Assembly: GCA_951406725.2 (NCBI GenBank)
Contig: OX597826.1
Location: 70,680,001-70,744,000, forward strand
Direction: 5' to 3'
Source of the DNA: Octopus vulgaris
Taxonomy: Eukaryota
DNA length: 64,000 bases
Shown: piece by piece, positions 40,855 through 53,885 of the stretch
Numbering within the stretch: position 1 is the first letter of the stretch
How the letters are laid out: each line of letters begins with the position of its first letter
Made by a program: the position numbers and the translations under genes
Notes under the pieces: generated by a model
Databases searched by the model: none
What the model was told of the DNA's origin: nothing
What the model saw: only the letters and a program-made list of their open reading frames with translations

Positions 40855-41127
40855 TAGATAGATATATAGACAGAAAGATAGATAGATAGACAGGTTTCTC
40901 ACGTATCATTTTTTTCTCTCATGACAAATATTGAATAGAAACTGCGCTGAAATATTGTAGCCATGTTTTAAGAATACGAATGAATTTAATTGTGCTATAC
41001 ACTGATCTCAGTATTGAGTTCTTTCTTATTTATGGATTTGTACAATCATTAGATCAGAATCCACTATCTTCTCGCTCTTTCTACACCAACTCTCTTACTA
41101 TATATACATATATATACACACACACAG

Positions 41128-41176
<49 letters not shown>

Positions 41177-41528
41177 CACACACATGTGCACCTGCGCATC
41201 CCCCACACACGTGTGTGTGTGTGTTACTATGCAAGGTAAAATATGAGAAAAAATACAGCGCTACAAAAATAGTATTTCAAGCATAAATTAACGTCAGTGT
41301 AAAGATTTCTTCGACAGCTGCTGTTTAGTAAATCCAACTGGAGAATTAATGGACTTTTCAGCTTTATAGAATTTCCTGGGAAAATAACATTAGGAGAAAC
41401 AGAACATGATATTTTTTCCCCTTTTGTGTGAACAGAATTTGCAGCGAAATGGGAAAGAAAATAAATCGCAAAGCCGAAAACAATGCACTATATTCTTCTT
41501 CTTCTTCTCATTATTATTATTATTATTA

Positions 41529-41570
<42 letters not shown>

Positions 41571-42017
41571 TATTATTATTATTATTGTTATTATTTTGCT
41601 CATCTAAATAATTGTGGGTAATGATTATAATGATTTCCAGCTTAGCTACAAGGCCAAATATTTTATCGAGAAACGCAACAGTCAATAAAATCGACTCATT
41701 GAAGATTTCTATAGACAATGTAGGAATGTTGTGCATCAATGCCGTTCCAGATAAATGGTCGGAAATTCTTCCTGGTTTTCCATTTGGAACAAATATTCCA
41801 TATATTTGTTGTTGTTATTGTTGTTGTTGTTGTTATTGTTCTTGGTGATGATGATGATGATGTTGTTTATCTCCATGTCAGCTCTTGATCCAGTAGATCT
41901 TTTATGATCAAAGACGACAGGGGTGTTATGTGAGAGAGATTTAGCTGGTAATACGTAAAGCATTGAAACTCTGTTCACTCCAGCACCGCCATGAGCCTTA
42001 CATCATTTGCACGATGC

Positions 42018-42249
42018 TCTTTACTCATTACTCTTTTACTTGTTTCAGTCATTTGACTGTGGCCATGCTGGAGCACCGCCTTTAGTCAAGCAAATCGCTC
42101 CCAGGACTTATTCTTTGTAAGCTTAGTACTTGTTTTATCGGTCTCTTTTGCCGAATCGCTAAGTTACGGGGACGTAAACACACCATCATAGGCTGCCAAG
42201 CGATGTTGGGGGGACAAACACAGACATACAAACGTACACACACACACAC

Positions 42250-42294
<45 letters not shown>

Positions 42295-42460
42295 TACGAC
42301 GGGCTTGTTTCAGTTTCAGTCTACAAAATCCACTCACAAGGATTTGGTCGACCCGAGGCTATAGTAGAAGACACTTGCCCAAGGTGCCACGCAGTGGGAC
42401 TGAACTCGAAACCATGTGATTGGTAAGCAAGCTACTTACCACACAGCCTCTCCTACACCT
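42018..42460 (-). mobile_element. Full-length SINE family B
   Basis: Reverse-complement match. Confidence 0.9.
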
Positions 42461-42467
42461 ATTTTTA

Positions 42468-42499
<32 letters not shown>

Positions 42500-42529
42500 A
42501 GAACAACAACAAGAATATACCACCAGCAT

Positions 42530-42915
42530 TGTATAAACGACCTCAACATTAGCTTCGAATTTCATCCAAGGCTGGGACCACGGGCCATACGTCCCCTGTC
42601 CAATTCAGAATCGCCCCACACATGAATACATTGCAACACAATCTTCTTTTCCTCAACAGGCCCTGCCCTATTTAACATTGTCCCAAAAACAGATCAAAAC
42701 GGAAAAGGACCCCATTACCTTTAAACGGTAACTGGACAAATTTCTGCAAGGAATACCAGACAAGCCACCTATACCTGGATATAGCTCACTCAACAAGAAT
42801 GGACCACGATACCGCAAAACTTGACTTAAAAAGGATTTAGATAATCCCATCAGGTAGTGCTATTAAGTTAGACATGGCCTGGACCAATCTTTGGTCGAAG
42901 CATCAAAGTTTATTT
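42530..42915 (+). mobile_element. Degenerate CR1/Jockey-group LINE 3' end
   Basis: Frameshifted NDLNISFEFHPRLGPRA...STGPALFNIVPK..IKTEKDPITFKR*LDKFLQGIPDKPPIPGYSSLNKN. Confidence 0.7.
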
Positions 42916-43147
42916 AAGTAGGCTAGGCTGAACAACCACTTTAAAGCTCACCTGTTGGTTCTTGGTATTGGTGGTAGTGGTGGTGGTGATGTGATGTGGT
43001 AGTGTCGGTAGTAGTTGTGGTGGTAGTGGTCGTCGTCGATTTGGAGGTGATGGTGGTAGTGATAGTGATGGTGGCAGTGTTGGTAGTGGTTGGCTTGTTG
43101 CTGGTGAAAGGTTAAGAGTGTTGTATTTGAAGTTGGTGTCGTTGTTG

Positions 43148-43185
<38 letters not shown>

Positions 43186-43303
43186 GTTATTATCATCATC
43201 TTCGTTATTTAGCGCCCGATCAGCACTAATCCAACAAACCATTGATCAAATGTTCCAATTATACAAGAATGACATTTGTCTTTTTCACACGCAATGTAAT
43301 ATA

Positions 43304-43525
43304 CGAGGGGATACCCAAAAGAAACCGGAATTTTGCAATATTATTTTATTCGCTCAGTTTTACATGTTTACACTTTTACCACCTTCAAAGTATTCTCCAT
43401 TTGAAGCAATGCATCGGCCCAGAAGCGTTCTTTACTGTTCAAAGCAGTGCTGGAACACTTGCGAAGTGATGTCTTTTAACGTATTCGTCGATTTTTTTTC
43501 TTCACCTCCTCCACATCTGTCAATT
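43304..43525 (-). mobile_element. mariner C-terminal fragment with right TIR
   Basis: TA|cgaggggatacccaaaagaaaccggaa terminus; minus strand LGRCIASNGEYFEGG. Confidence 0.75.
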
Positions 43526-43631
43526 CGTAGCACCAGCTTTCACTGTGAAAGTACCATCATAGATATATGCAGAGGGTTTGAAGGCGATAGTGATCGAAAA
43601 GGAAAATTACAAGAAACTGGAAGAAGTGTGT

Positions 43632-43673
43632 GGAGATAGTATTGACCCACCCTGGTGGGTCAATACTATCTCC
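43632..43673. repeat. Perfect 20-bp inverted repeat with 2-nt spacer
   Basis: ggagatagtattgacccacc-ct-ggtgggtcaatactatctcc. Confidence 0.95.
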
Positions 43674-43890
43674 CGTCGTATATATGTATATATATGTGTG
43701 TGTGTGTGTGTACGTTTGTGTGTCTGTGTTTGTCCCCCCAACATCGCTTGGCAACCGATGCTGGTGTGTTTATGTCCCCGTAACTTAGCGATTCGGCAAA
43801 AGAACCGATAGAATAAGTACTAAGCTTACAAAGAATAAGTCCTGGGGTCGATTTGCTCGACTAAAGGCGGTGCTCCAGCAAGGCCACAGT
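43672..43890 (+). mobile_element. 5'-truncated SINE family B
   Basis: Begins at cccgtcgtatat, matches the family B 3' half. Confidence 0.85.
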
Positions 43891-44447
43891 AAGGGTGGAA
43901 TTCAAAGAATTGCCACGAGTAGTGGATTTAATAGAAATTGAACCATTGATGAAGTACTACTAAAAGGAAAATAAGTGTTAAATTGACAGGAAAAAAAGAA
44001 AAGAAGGAGAAAAAGGAAAAAAAGGAAAAGGAGGAAAAAGGAAAAAAAAAAAGAAAGAGTAAAGTGTTTTATGCTATGTTTAAAAAATATTGAAAAATAG
44101 AACAACAATTGTAGAGAATGTATATAACGGTTCAAATACTTGCAATGGTATGTAACACGATAATTAATTGTTATATATATACATGATAAAAATGGACTAA
44201 AAAAAGAAAAGATTAATGGTAGTACATGTGATGAGAGGCGCGTGCAGCCATTCATAACCTCATTGTTATATGATCATCTCATTCATATTCGATTTATGTA
44301 TTGTCCCCTCTGTGGTGTCCTGTCTGTCTTTGTTTGTCCCCTCTCTATTTTGGGCCCTTGTGGTTAATAAAAAACGAGTTGATTTAGCGAAGGAGAAAGA
44401 TTCAGGAGTGCAACTGCATGAGGGTGAAATAGAGAAATTGTTCACAG

Positions 44448-44682
44448 AGAAGGCGGCGAGCTGGTAGAATCGTTAGCACGCCGGGCGAAATCCTTAGCAG
44501 TATTTCGTCTGCCGCTACATTCTGAGTTCAAATTCCGCCGAGGTCGACTTTGCCTTTCATCCTTTCGGGGTTGATTAAATAAGTACCAGTTATGCACTGG
44601 GGTCGATATAATCGACTTAATCCGTTTTTCTGTCCTTGTTTATCCTCTCTGTGTTTAGCCCCTTGTGGGTAGTAAAGAAATA
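44448..44682 (+). mobile_element. SINE family A monomer with 22-bp TSD
   Basis: gaaatagagaaatt(g/a)ttcacag at 44426-44447 and 44683-44704. Confidence 0.9.
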
Positions 44683-45270
44683 GAAATAGAGAAATTATTC
44701 ACAGTTGAGACAGAGAAAGAAAAAGTTTTAGAAGTAGATGACAGTAATATAGAGACATGGTTAAGAGAAGAGATAGAAAAGGTAAAACCACCAGAAATAG
44801 AAGTAGAAAAGAGTAAACCAAGAAGAGGAAAAAATAAATGAAACTTCGTAACATATGCCAAAAACAAGGAGGTGGAAAGAAAAATTGTGAAATTTAAACA
44901 TATCATAAGAGTGAAGTTACCCAAGGATGTATACTCAGAAAATGTGAAGACGTCATTGATTGGTTGAAATTGCCGAAATGCAAGAAATTTAACAACAAAT
45001 AGCTTACAAACTACAAAATTTTCTCAAGAAAGCCAAGAGAAAAAAATGTTTTATGTAACACATTCTACCAGTATACAAAGTTTAAAAGTGTTTAGTTACA
45101 AAGGAATTATTTTTAAAATCTGCCGGTCAAAGTGAAAAGATCCCTAAAGTCACTCATTCACACAATTCCACTTAAAAGACCGGCAGTGGTTGTCGTTGTA
45201 GTGATGGTGGTCGTCGTTGAGGTGACAGTGGAGTAATATAATTACCCACAATTCCCCCACCACTGATAAC

Positions 45271-45718
45271 ATGGCATCCTTCACGAGGTACATGTGTCCT
45301 TCAAAGAGGATAAATTTATGCTATCCAGTATTGACTCATCATTTTATCTCACAATCGCGTTTGAAACGCACAATTGTAAGAACTTTAATGTCTAGTATTG
45401 ATTTAAATACACTTTGTGTCCGTCTAGAAAATGTAAAACGACTGTTAAGTACAGAAGCCGATACACCTGAGCGTCGAACTGTCCGGAGTAAAAGCACTTC
45501 CTACCTGGGGTCTCTCACAAGCGATATCCTTAGTTCCAATATAAAACCTGCTTCAGTTTCTTCACCTTCCAAAGACGGTGGTACAGAACAGTCCAGTTCT
45601 TCAGGATCTAAAAAGGAAAAACCTTCGAGATGGACCGGTAAAAATACATGGAAGTTAGGTTTACTGTTGCTCGGAGGTTGGGCTACCTTGACGACGGGCG
45701 TACTTATTAGTATTTGGG
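45271..45718 (+). CDS. TIMM50: First coding exon of a mitochondrial inner-membrane protein, probably TIM50
   Basis: Good Kozak aacATGG; Arg/Ser-rich acid-poor N-terminus ending KRLLST; Ser-rich linker; WTGKNTWKLGLLLLGGWATLTTGVLISIWG basic patch plus single TM; phase-1 donor G|gtatgt at 45719. Gene name rests on recalled TIM50 architecture; no downstream exon found. Confidence 0.6.
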
Positions 45719-46287
45719 GTATGTACAAGCAATTTAATTTGACTTTGCATTGATAACTTTCACTACCAGCCTCTGTATCATTTATTTCTGTCTACTGTCT
45801 TCTTGTATTTGTTACATTTTGTCATTTGATATTTTCTTTGTATTTGTTCACCGTCTCCTTGTAGGAGGTCATATAGGTGTCATTTGCATTCATCACTCCA
45901 CTTTTGTTTATTATGTTGATTTAATGATTAAATTTCTACGTTTCTCTATCACTGTACATCAATATTTATTACCTTTTGCCGTATTTTGACTACATCTAAA
46001 TTTTTGCTTCAGTTATTACTATTACAAGTAAGGAATCAAAGAAAACAGGATCCATGCTACATGCGTGATAAAAGATACTCGAGCTAACAGGAGAATCTCT
46101 ACGTGGTTGTTTCGACTTGCTAGAAATAGCAGCCATGCATTCCTCAAACAACACCCTACTATTTGAAATAAGGAAAAGTAGACTTAGTCGCTTGGTTTAA
46201 TATCACCAACTGGTCCTTGGGTATTTTTCACAGTGTCTACTCTGTTGGAAGCATTCGGTTCAAGTCTCTGGTCTGAGGATAATTTTT

Positions 46288-46505
46288 TCCTATTTCTTTA
46301 CTACTGACAAGAGGCTAAACATAGAGGGGACAAACAAGGACAGACAAACGGATTAAGTCGATTATTACTGGTACTTAATGTATCGACCCCGAAAGTATGA
46401 AAGGCAAAGTCGACCTCGGCGGAATTTGAACTCAGAACGTAACGGCAGACGAAATACCGCTAAGCCTTTCGCGCGGCGTGCTAACGTTTCTGACAACTCG
46501 TTGCC
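46288..46505 (-). mobile_element. SINE family A monomer
   Basis: Reverse-complement match. Confidence 0.85.
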
Positions 46506-46532
46506 TTCCTTCGTCTAAGATACTACTGATGA

Positions 46533-47196
46533 CTTTTCTTTTACTTATTTCAGTCATGTGACTGCGGTCATGCTGGGGCACCACCTTGAAAGACTTTAGC
46601 TGAATGAATCGACCCTAGGACACTTTTTAAAGCCTGGTAGTTATTTTATCGGTCTCTTTTGCCAATCAAATACAGGGGCGTAAAACAAACCAGCACCGGT
46701 CGTCAAGCGATGATGTGGGGGGGGGGGGACAAATATATACATCCACATAGATATATACACACACACTGTGGATGGAACCTCATGAATGCGACACAGGATG
46801 TAACTCAGGTATCAGTGGCGAGGCGGGGATCGTGGAGTCCGAATTAAACACGCCCCCCACTCCATCCGTAATGTCTTCCGGTCTGTCCTACCATTCGATT
46901 TTATTATATTTTCTTATTTTTGTAAAATTTTTAATGTCAGCTTTTTTGTATAATCATTCGCTCATCTGACCCTAAAATCAGATTGTATTGTCCCCTCTTT
47001 GTTGGCCCCTTGTGGGTAATAAAAAATCAACATATACACACACACGATGGGTTTCTTTAAGTTTCTGTCTACGAAATCCACTCGCAGAGCTTTGGTCGGC
47101 CCGGGGCTATAGTAGATGACAGTAGCACAGGTTACCACGCATAGGGACTGAACCCAGATCCATTTGGTTGGGACGCAAACTTCTCATCACACAGCC
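46533..47196 (-). mobile_element. Old SINE family B interrupted by a LINE-like 3' end (46768-47030, + strand)
   Basis: Family B tail 46533-46730 and head 47045-47196; the insert ends gtcccctct..gccccttgtgggtaataaa like SINE A. Confidence 0.7.
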
Positions 47197-48217
47197 TAAC
47201 TGCTATTTTCATGGAAATAAACGTTTCACCGGTTAACTTCACCGAGAGATTCAATATGTATTGATGGAAAGCCAATATATATATTCTTTTTATCAAATTA
47301 TTATGACCTTACAGGAAAGTAATTACTTCAGTATATATCGTATCTCGTCTGAGAGCGGGTATAAATATGTTTTTATTTATAGCCGGGTTTGCGTGAGATA
47401 TGATATGTATCGAAGCAGCTGAGTTCCTGCACGGTCAAGTAAGGTCAATATTCTTTAAACGCTTTTGTGTATGTACGTATTATGTATATGTATGTGTATG
47501 TGGTGCATGTAATTAAGTATGCGTGTATACATGTGTATATGTATGTGTATATAGGCATATGTTTGTGTATATCTGGGCCACAACTGTTATCTTGAGTACG
47601 AAACCTAATGGAATCTTGTCTTATCGATACCACGGTCAGAACAATGGAATTTATCGGCCCACATAATTATGCGTTCGCGCAAGTGTGTGCGTGCGTGAGT
47701 GTATGTTTGCATGTGTGTGTGTGTTTACGTGTGTGAATTATATACGTACCTGTATGATTGCGTTTGTATACACATAGCCACTTCCCCAAGCGCACACACA
47801 AAAAACGGATACAACAGAGGGAGGCTGTCATACGGTTTTGTACAGAGATTGTTTTCTATTTTTGTTTTCTCTGAGAATCCGAAAATAAATCTTTTTGAGA
47901 TCTTTACGTATTGCATCGAAACAAAGATAAACATTTTTCTATTAGAATGAAGAGAATGCTAAGTATTCTTGGCGTGAGCTAATAGTTAATTAAACTTGGC
48001 TGCAGTATTACTGAACGATATAGTTTTGAAATCCTGGACCACAGTGGTATTGTGGCCATACTGGAGCACCGCCTTAAAGGGTTTAGTCAAACAAATCAAC
48101 CCCAGTATTTATTTTTAAGACTGATACTTATTCGACAGCTATCTTTTGTCGAACCGCTGATTTTGCGGGAACGTGAACAAACCAACATCGGGTGTCATTC
48201 GGTAAAGGGCAAACTTA

Positions 48218-48307
<90 letters not shown>

Positions 48308-48338
48308 TACATCTGTTTATCTCTCTCTGTCTCTGTCT

Positions 48339-48394
<56 letters not shown>

Positions 48395-48444
48395 CACACA
48401 CACACACACACAACAAGCTGCCCCATATAAGTAAGAATCGCTTT

Positions 48445-49151
48445 TAGTTGAAGAAATCGACCTCAGGACTTATTCTTTGTAAGCCTAGTGCTTATTTTAT
48501 AGGTCTCTTTTGCTGGCCCGCTAAGTTACTGGGACGTAAACACACGAACATTGGTTGTCAAGCGATGGGAGTGGGGAACACAGACATACAAACACACATA
48601 TATAATAGTGTACATTTAAACATAAGAGAAACTACCTTTAACAGGTAATTTTATACGCTAGAAGAAGCAGTCAAAACGACCAAAACCACATTTAAGAGCA
48701 ATTTCGAAGGGAATGCAAAATAAAAACTTTTACCTTGTTATTTCTTTTTACGGTTATACTTTCGAATTCTTTAGCAAATAAAATAGTTTGCTGGGCGAAA
48801 TTCTCATCAGTAACCGCGCCATAACATTAACATATAATGTGGAGACAAATAACACGTGTCTCATCATGATATGTTATAAATTTTCAGATTCACCGCGCAA
48901 GCGCAGTTTCAGTCGGCAGCAAATTAAAAAATGCCGAACTGATCTTCGAAATGCTAAAATCATATCCGTAAAATATATAGGGTAGCAAATATTTTTAGAA
49001 ATTTCACTACCAGTGTGCTAGCATATATAAAAAGTCAATAGACAACATATTCTCAATACAAAATAGTGTACATTTAAACACAAGAGAAACTACCTTTAAC
49101 AGGTAATATACATATATATACACACACATATATATATACATATATATAGAT

Positions 49152-49219
<68 letters not shown>

Positions 49220-49345
49220 GACGGGCTTCTTCTAGTTTCCGTCTATCAAATTCATTCACAAGACTTTGGTCAGCTCGAGTCTATAGAAGACACCTACCCA
49301 ACGTTCCACCTACCCAAGCTTCTTACCACACACCTACACCTGTGC
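48445..49345 (-). mobile_element. SINE family B carrying a 500-bp terminally redundant insert in its TA tract
   Basis: SINE halves at 48445-48600 and 49215-49345; 46-bp direct repeats at 48604-48649 and 49062-49107. Confidence 0.75.
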
Positions 49346-49409
49346 CTATTATAAAAAAAACGTATTATGTGCGTTTTTTATATGAAAGAATAAACCATAG
49401 TGACAAAAA

Positions 49410-49440
<31 letters not shown>

Positions 49441-50164
49441 GCTATTCGGTTTTGCTTATATCAGATGTGCTAGCCTTCACTTTCAGCATTGAATTTTATC
49501 AAGTTTTCTTTAACGATATAATTTTGTACAGTATTTAAAAGCAAGACGCTCTCGAAGTTTTGAACGTCTTCCCTATTACCCCAGGATAGACATAAATGTC
49601 TGTCTTTTAGATATTTATCTATTTAAAAAAAAAAATTGTTTATCAAAAATGATGTCTTACTTTCTCCGGGTAGCATTGAGAAGTAACATGAACGGAAGTA
49701 GCTCCGATCACGCCTCCAAAATATTTCTGAAGAGGAGAAATTTATTGAACTTTCTGAAGACAAAAAATGTTAAAGAAGGAGAGGCAAAAAAAATATATAT
49801 ATATATATATAGTGACATTTAATGAAATAAATATAATCACAGACGTAAAAATAGAGACTGACATTTAGAAAAATACACAAGGCACAGATGAACATTTTTA
49901 TTCTATACATACAGAAACAAGTAATGCCCTGCAAGAAATTCGATAACTCACACAAAAACAAAAATAGCTTTGGTAATATTCTTAAACCACAAGGAGGCGC
50001 TGCACATGGATCTGCTCTCTATCAAAAAGAGTCTCTAAGAGAGGACTGTTATAGAATGCTTCTGCCTCTTTACTGAGGATTTTATCGAAGAAAGGTCAAG
50101 GTGAAAGGTGGCCTTCCAGAAATCCGAGAGGTTTTCAGAGTGCCTTCTAAAGAGCAGTTAAAAG

Positions 50165-50475
50165 AATACCTTCCGCCTTTTCGTCGTTCTTTACGTTCTG
50201 GGTTCAAATTCCGCCGAGGTCGACTTTGTCTTTCGGAGTTGATAAATTAAGTACCAGTTGCGTACTGGGGTCGATGTGATCGACTGCCCACCCCTCCCCC
50301 CAAATTTCGGCCCTTGTGCCTAGAGTAGAAAAGAATATTTGCTTTTTGTTCAGTGGAAGGCGGTAGAGTCGGCAGAATAGTTAGCTCACCAGGAACAATG
50401 CCTTGCGCCATTTCGTCGTTCTTTACGTTCTGGGTTCAAATTCCGCCGAGGACGACTTTGTCTTTCATCCTTTCG
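50165..50475 (+). repeat. Local duplication of a SINE A-variant composite (second copy 53907-54212)
   Basis: Near-identical 310 bp including a private deletion (gtctttcggagttg) and the inter-SINE spacer. Confidence 0.85.
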
Positions 50476-50813
50476 CAGTTCGATATGTAAACGGATGCAG
50501 TTTTTATTCACCTAGTTGAATTATATCAGGTGTTCTTGGTCTTTGAGGTCAGGTGTTATGTGAAGGACGAGGTAAAACGACTGGTCGAAGTGGTTTGATA
50601 TACATACAATCACATTCTCATACTGTAATAAATACACGGAGAAGTAGAATATAAGGGGCACGTATAAATATATTATTTTGGTTATTGACCTTTCTTATCA
50701 TAACCTTTGAAAGTACGAACAGATTTTGAGCGTTGTGGAAACTAAGTTTGAAATCTCTCCTGTTCTCACACATACATCACTGACACTGAGTCGTTAAATA
50801 CAAATATATTATA

Positions 50814-51184
50814 CTAGCAGTACCGCCCGGCGTTGCTCGGAATTTTTTCGACCCTTTAGTATTGGAATTTTTGAAAAGTAAAAATTTTGCATAAGTGAAC
50901 ATTTTTCTGGTTGAAATACACCGAAAAATGGCGACACATCAGTAAAAAAAATCGTAAAAAATAGGTGATTTTCATAGAAAAAAAGCACCTCTTTGATGTA
51001 AATAATTTTTGCTGTTAACATGGTCTGATTTGAAGTTTTTCTTCTACAGAAGAAAGAGCAAGTCTTCTATCATACTCTCAACTTTGGTCAACTTGTACTG
51101 CAGGGTCTCGGAGGAGATAGTGTTAATTGAAGGCTACCAAACCTGCCACACACACAGACAACTTCAGCTTTATATAGAGAGAGA
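50814..51184 (-). mobile_element. Non-autonomous Helitron-like element
   Basis: CTAG at 50814-50817, hairpin cccggcgttgctcgg, interior homologous to 7746-8098. Confidence 0.75.
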
Positions 51185-51775
51185 TTAATTGAAATGATAT
51201 CTGCTAAAACATAACATATTTTCTTTAATTTTTTAAATATATTTGTGGACTCCCTGTAAAGTCACAACAAAGTCTTGTAAGACAATAAGGTGTAAGAAAA
51301 GGAAGAGTTAACCTAAGATATTTTTCTAATATGAAGCAGTCATTACAAGTGACAGGTGTAAAGCGTCATGAGTCTTCAAACATAACCTTTTGGACAGCTG
51401 TACTGAAAGTGCCAAAGCAGCTGACAGATGTCTTTGTTTTCTTGTTTTAATTGCCGTGCACGAAGAAAAAGGTTGTGTCTATGGCCTTTCCAAGTCCTCC
51501 GAGAGCGTCAAAATAAACAACGTTACCTTTCCGCTTAATACATTGCAAGTCAAAAACTTGCAGGAGAGAGGGAATTCCAGAAAGCCGAGGCTGATTACAC
51601 GGGGTGGTTAGTACAGTATTTGAGGTGTTGGAAAAAAGAAACATGCGGATAACAATATGAAGAGGGACGAATGAGTCAGGAGTGCCTGAGTAGAGGTGAT
51701 AAGCCCAACCGGTTTCGATGAGCAGAAGCCATTGTAATTACTTTAGAAAAGTTGGAGAAAGAAGATAATCCATAT

Positions 51776-52183
51776 AGGCGTAGGAGTGGCTGTGTGGTAA
51801 GTAGCTAGCTTACCAACCACATGGTTCCGGGTTCATTCCCACTGCGTGGCACCTTGGGCAAGTGTCTTCTACTATAGCCTCGGCCCGACCAAAGCCTTGT
51901 GAGTGGATTTGGTAGACGGAAACTGAAAGAAGTCCCCCGTATATATGTATGTGTGTTTGTGAATATGTTTGTGTGTCTGTGTTTGTCCCCCAACATCGCT
52001 TGACAACCGATGCTGGTGTGTTTACGTCCCCGTAACTTAGCGGTTCGGCGAAAGAGACCGATAGAATAAGTACCAGGCTTCCAAAGAATAAGTCCTGGGG
52101 TCGATGTACTCGACTAAAGGCGGTGCTCCAGCATGTCCGCATTCTAATGACTGAAACAAGCAAAAGAGTAAAAGAGTAAAGAG
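51776..52183 (+). mobile_element. Full-length SINE family B
   Basis: ggcgtaggagtggctgtgtggtaag head to (aaaagagt)n tail. Confidence 0.92.
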
Positions 52184-52829
52184 TGGATTAGTGTCTGGAG
52201 TGTATCTGGGAGTGACTTTTAGACATCAGTCGAGTAGCATTTCTATGAATGCGAATTGAGGTTTCTTAAACAGTACCTGTCGATTAATATCGTGAGAGAA
52301 ATACTCCATTGTGGTTTTCATCTAAATTTTATAGAATACCAGTAATTGTTGGAAATTGATAATTTCTGGTGCTAAAGAGAAAATTCAGTTTTTGGATGCA
52401 GTCATAAATATGTTAAGAATGAGCTTTCGCTCGTAATGATCGTCGGTGATGGTGTGGCCTAACTTTTCGAACAACTGCAAGGACTCTGGTCGCGTGCTGC
52501 TCATATTTAGTGGGGTGTGACGGAATGATATTTTCTTGATGTGAGTAGAGATTGAACACGTGTGTGTTACTGTTGAAAGAAACAAAATTAGCATGTTCCT
52601 ATTAAACAATGCTTTCGAAGTTCCTGTTCATGGAATCGGTGAAGGTTTGGCCACTCCCGCGCCTATAATAGGATTTTTCCAAACATCAAATGACTGCAAG
52701 GGTCCAGTAGAATAAAATAAGAATCAAAAGGGACCATAGGTAAAAAAAAAAAAGGTTGAGGTCAATGATATAACTCCTCTCTTTAAATTTGCTCGCCTTG
52801 TGCATAAATTAGAAGCCAACATTAGACAT

Positions 52830-53240
52830 ACTCTTTTTCTCTTTTTACTTGTTTCAGTCATTTGACTGCGGCCATGCTGGAGCACCGCCTTTAGTCGAGC
52901 AAATCGACCCCGGTACTTATTCTTTGTAAGCCCAGTACTTATTCTATCGGTCTCTTTTGCCGAACCGCTAAGTGACGGGGACGTAAACACACCAGCATCG
53001 GTTGTCAAGCAATGCTAGGGGAACAAACACAGACACACAAACATATTCACACACACTTATATATATATATACATATATACGACAGGCTTCTTTCAGTTTC
53101 CGTCTACCAAATCCACTCACAAGGCATTGGTCGGCCCGGGGCTATAGCAGAAGACACTTGCCCAAGATGCCACGCATTGGGTCTGAACCCGGAACCATGT
53201 GGTCGGTTAGCAAACTACTTACCAAACAGCCACTCCTGCT
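52830..53240 (-). mobile_element. Full-length SINE family B, inverted relative to 51776-52183
   Basis: Reverse-complement match, about 650 bp from the + copy. Confidence 0.9.
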
Positions 53241-53468
53241 TAGCGAAACATATTATTTCTTTAGTTGAGATTATTAAGAGAAATCAATATTTGGAGAAAT
53301 AAAGGGAATGTAATGAATATGAAACCATGACTGAGTGGAAAATACTTCAATAGTATTGTTGTTTAACCCGGATCACCCTTATCAGGCAGACCTATGACCA
53401 AAATCGATTTTGTTTCTGATTATACTGTCAATATTTATTTATTATTTTTTTTTTTTTGCCCTCTGAAA

Positions 53469-53885
53469 GGCGGCGAGCTGGCAGAATCGTTAGCACGCCG
53501 GGCGAAATGCTTACCGGTATTTCGTCTGCCGCTGCGTTCTGAGTTCAAATTCCGCCGAGGTCGACTTTGCCTTTTATCCTTTCGGGGTCGATAAATTAAG
53601 TACCAGTTACGCACTGGGGTCGATGTAATCGACTTAATACCTATGTCTGTCCTTGTTTGTCCCCTCTGCGTTTAGCCCCTTGTGGGTAATAAAGAAATAG
53701 GTATTTCGTCTGCCGTTACGTTCTGAGTTCAAATTCCGCCGAGGTCGACTTTGCCTTTCATCCTTTCGGGGTCGATTAAATAAGTACCAGTCACGCACTG
53801 GGGTCGATGTAATCGACTTCATCTGTTTGTCTGTCCTTGTCTGTCCCCTCTATGTTTAGCCCCTTGTGGGCAATAAAGAAATAAG
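53469..53885 (+). mobile_element. SINE family A, head plus 2 units
   Basis: Junction aaatag|gtatttc at 53700/53701. Confidence 0.9.

Noticed and set aside
44373-44950. Glu/Lys-rich frame split by the SINE at 44448
   Set aside because: Contains a stop, has no recognisable domain and is purine-biased; perhaps retroelement debris
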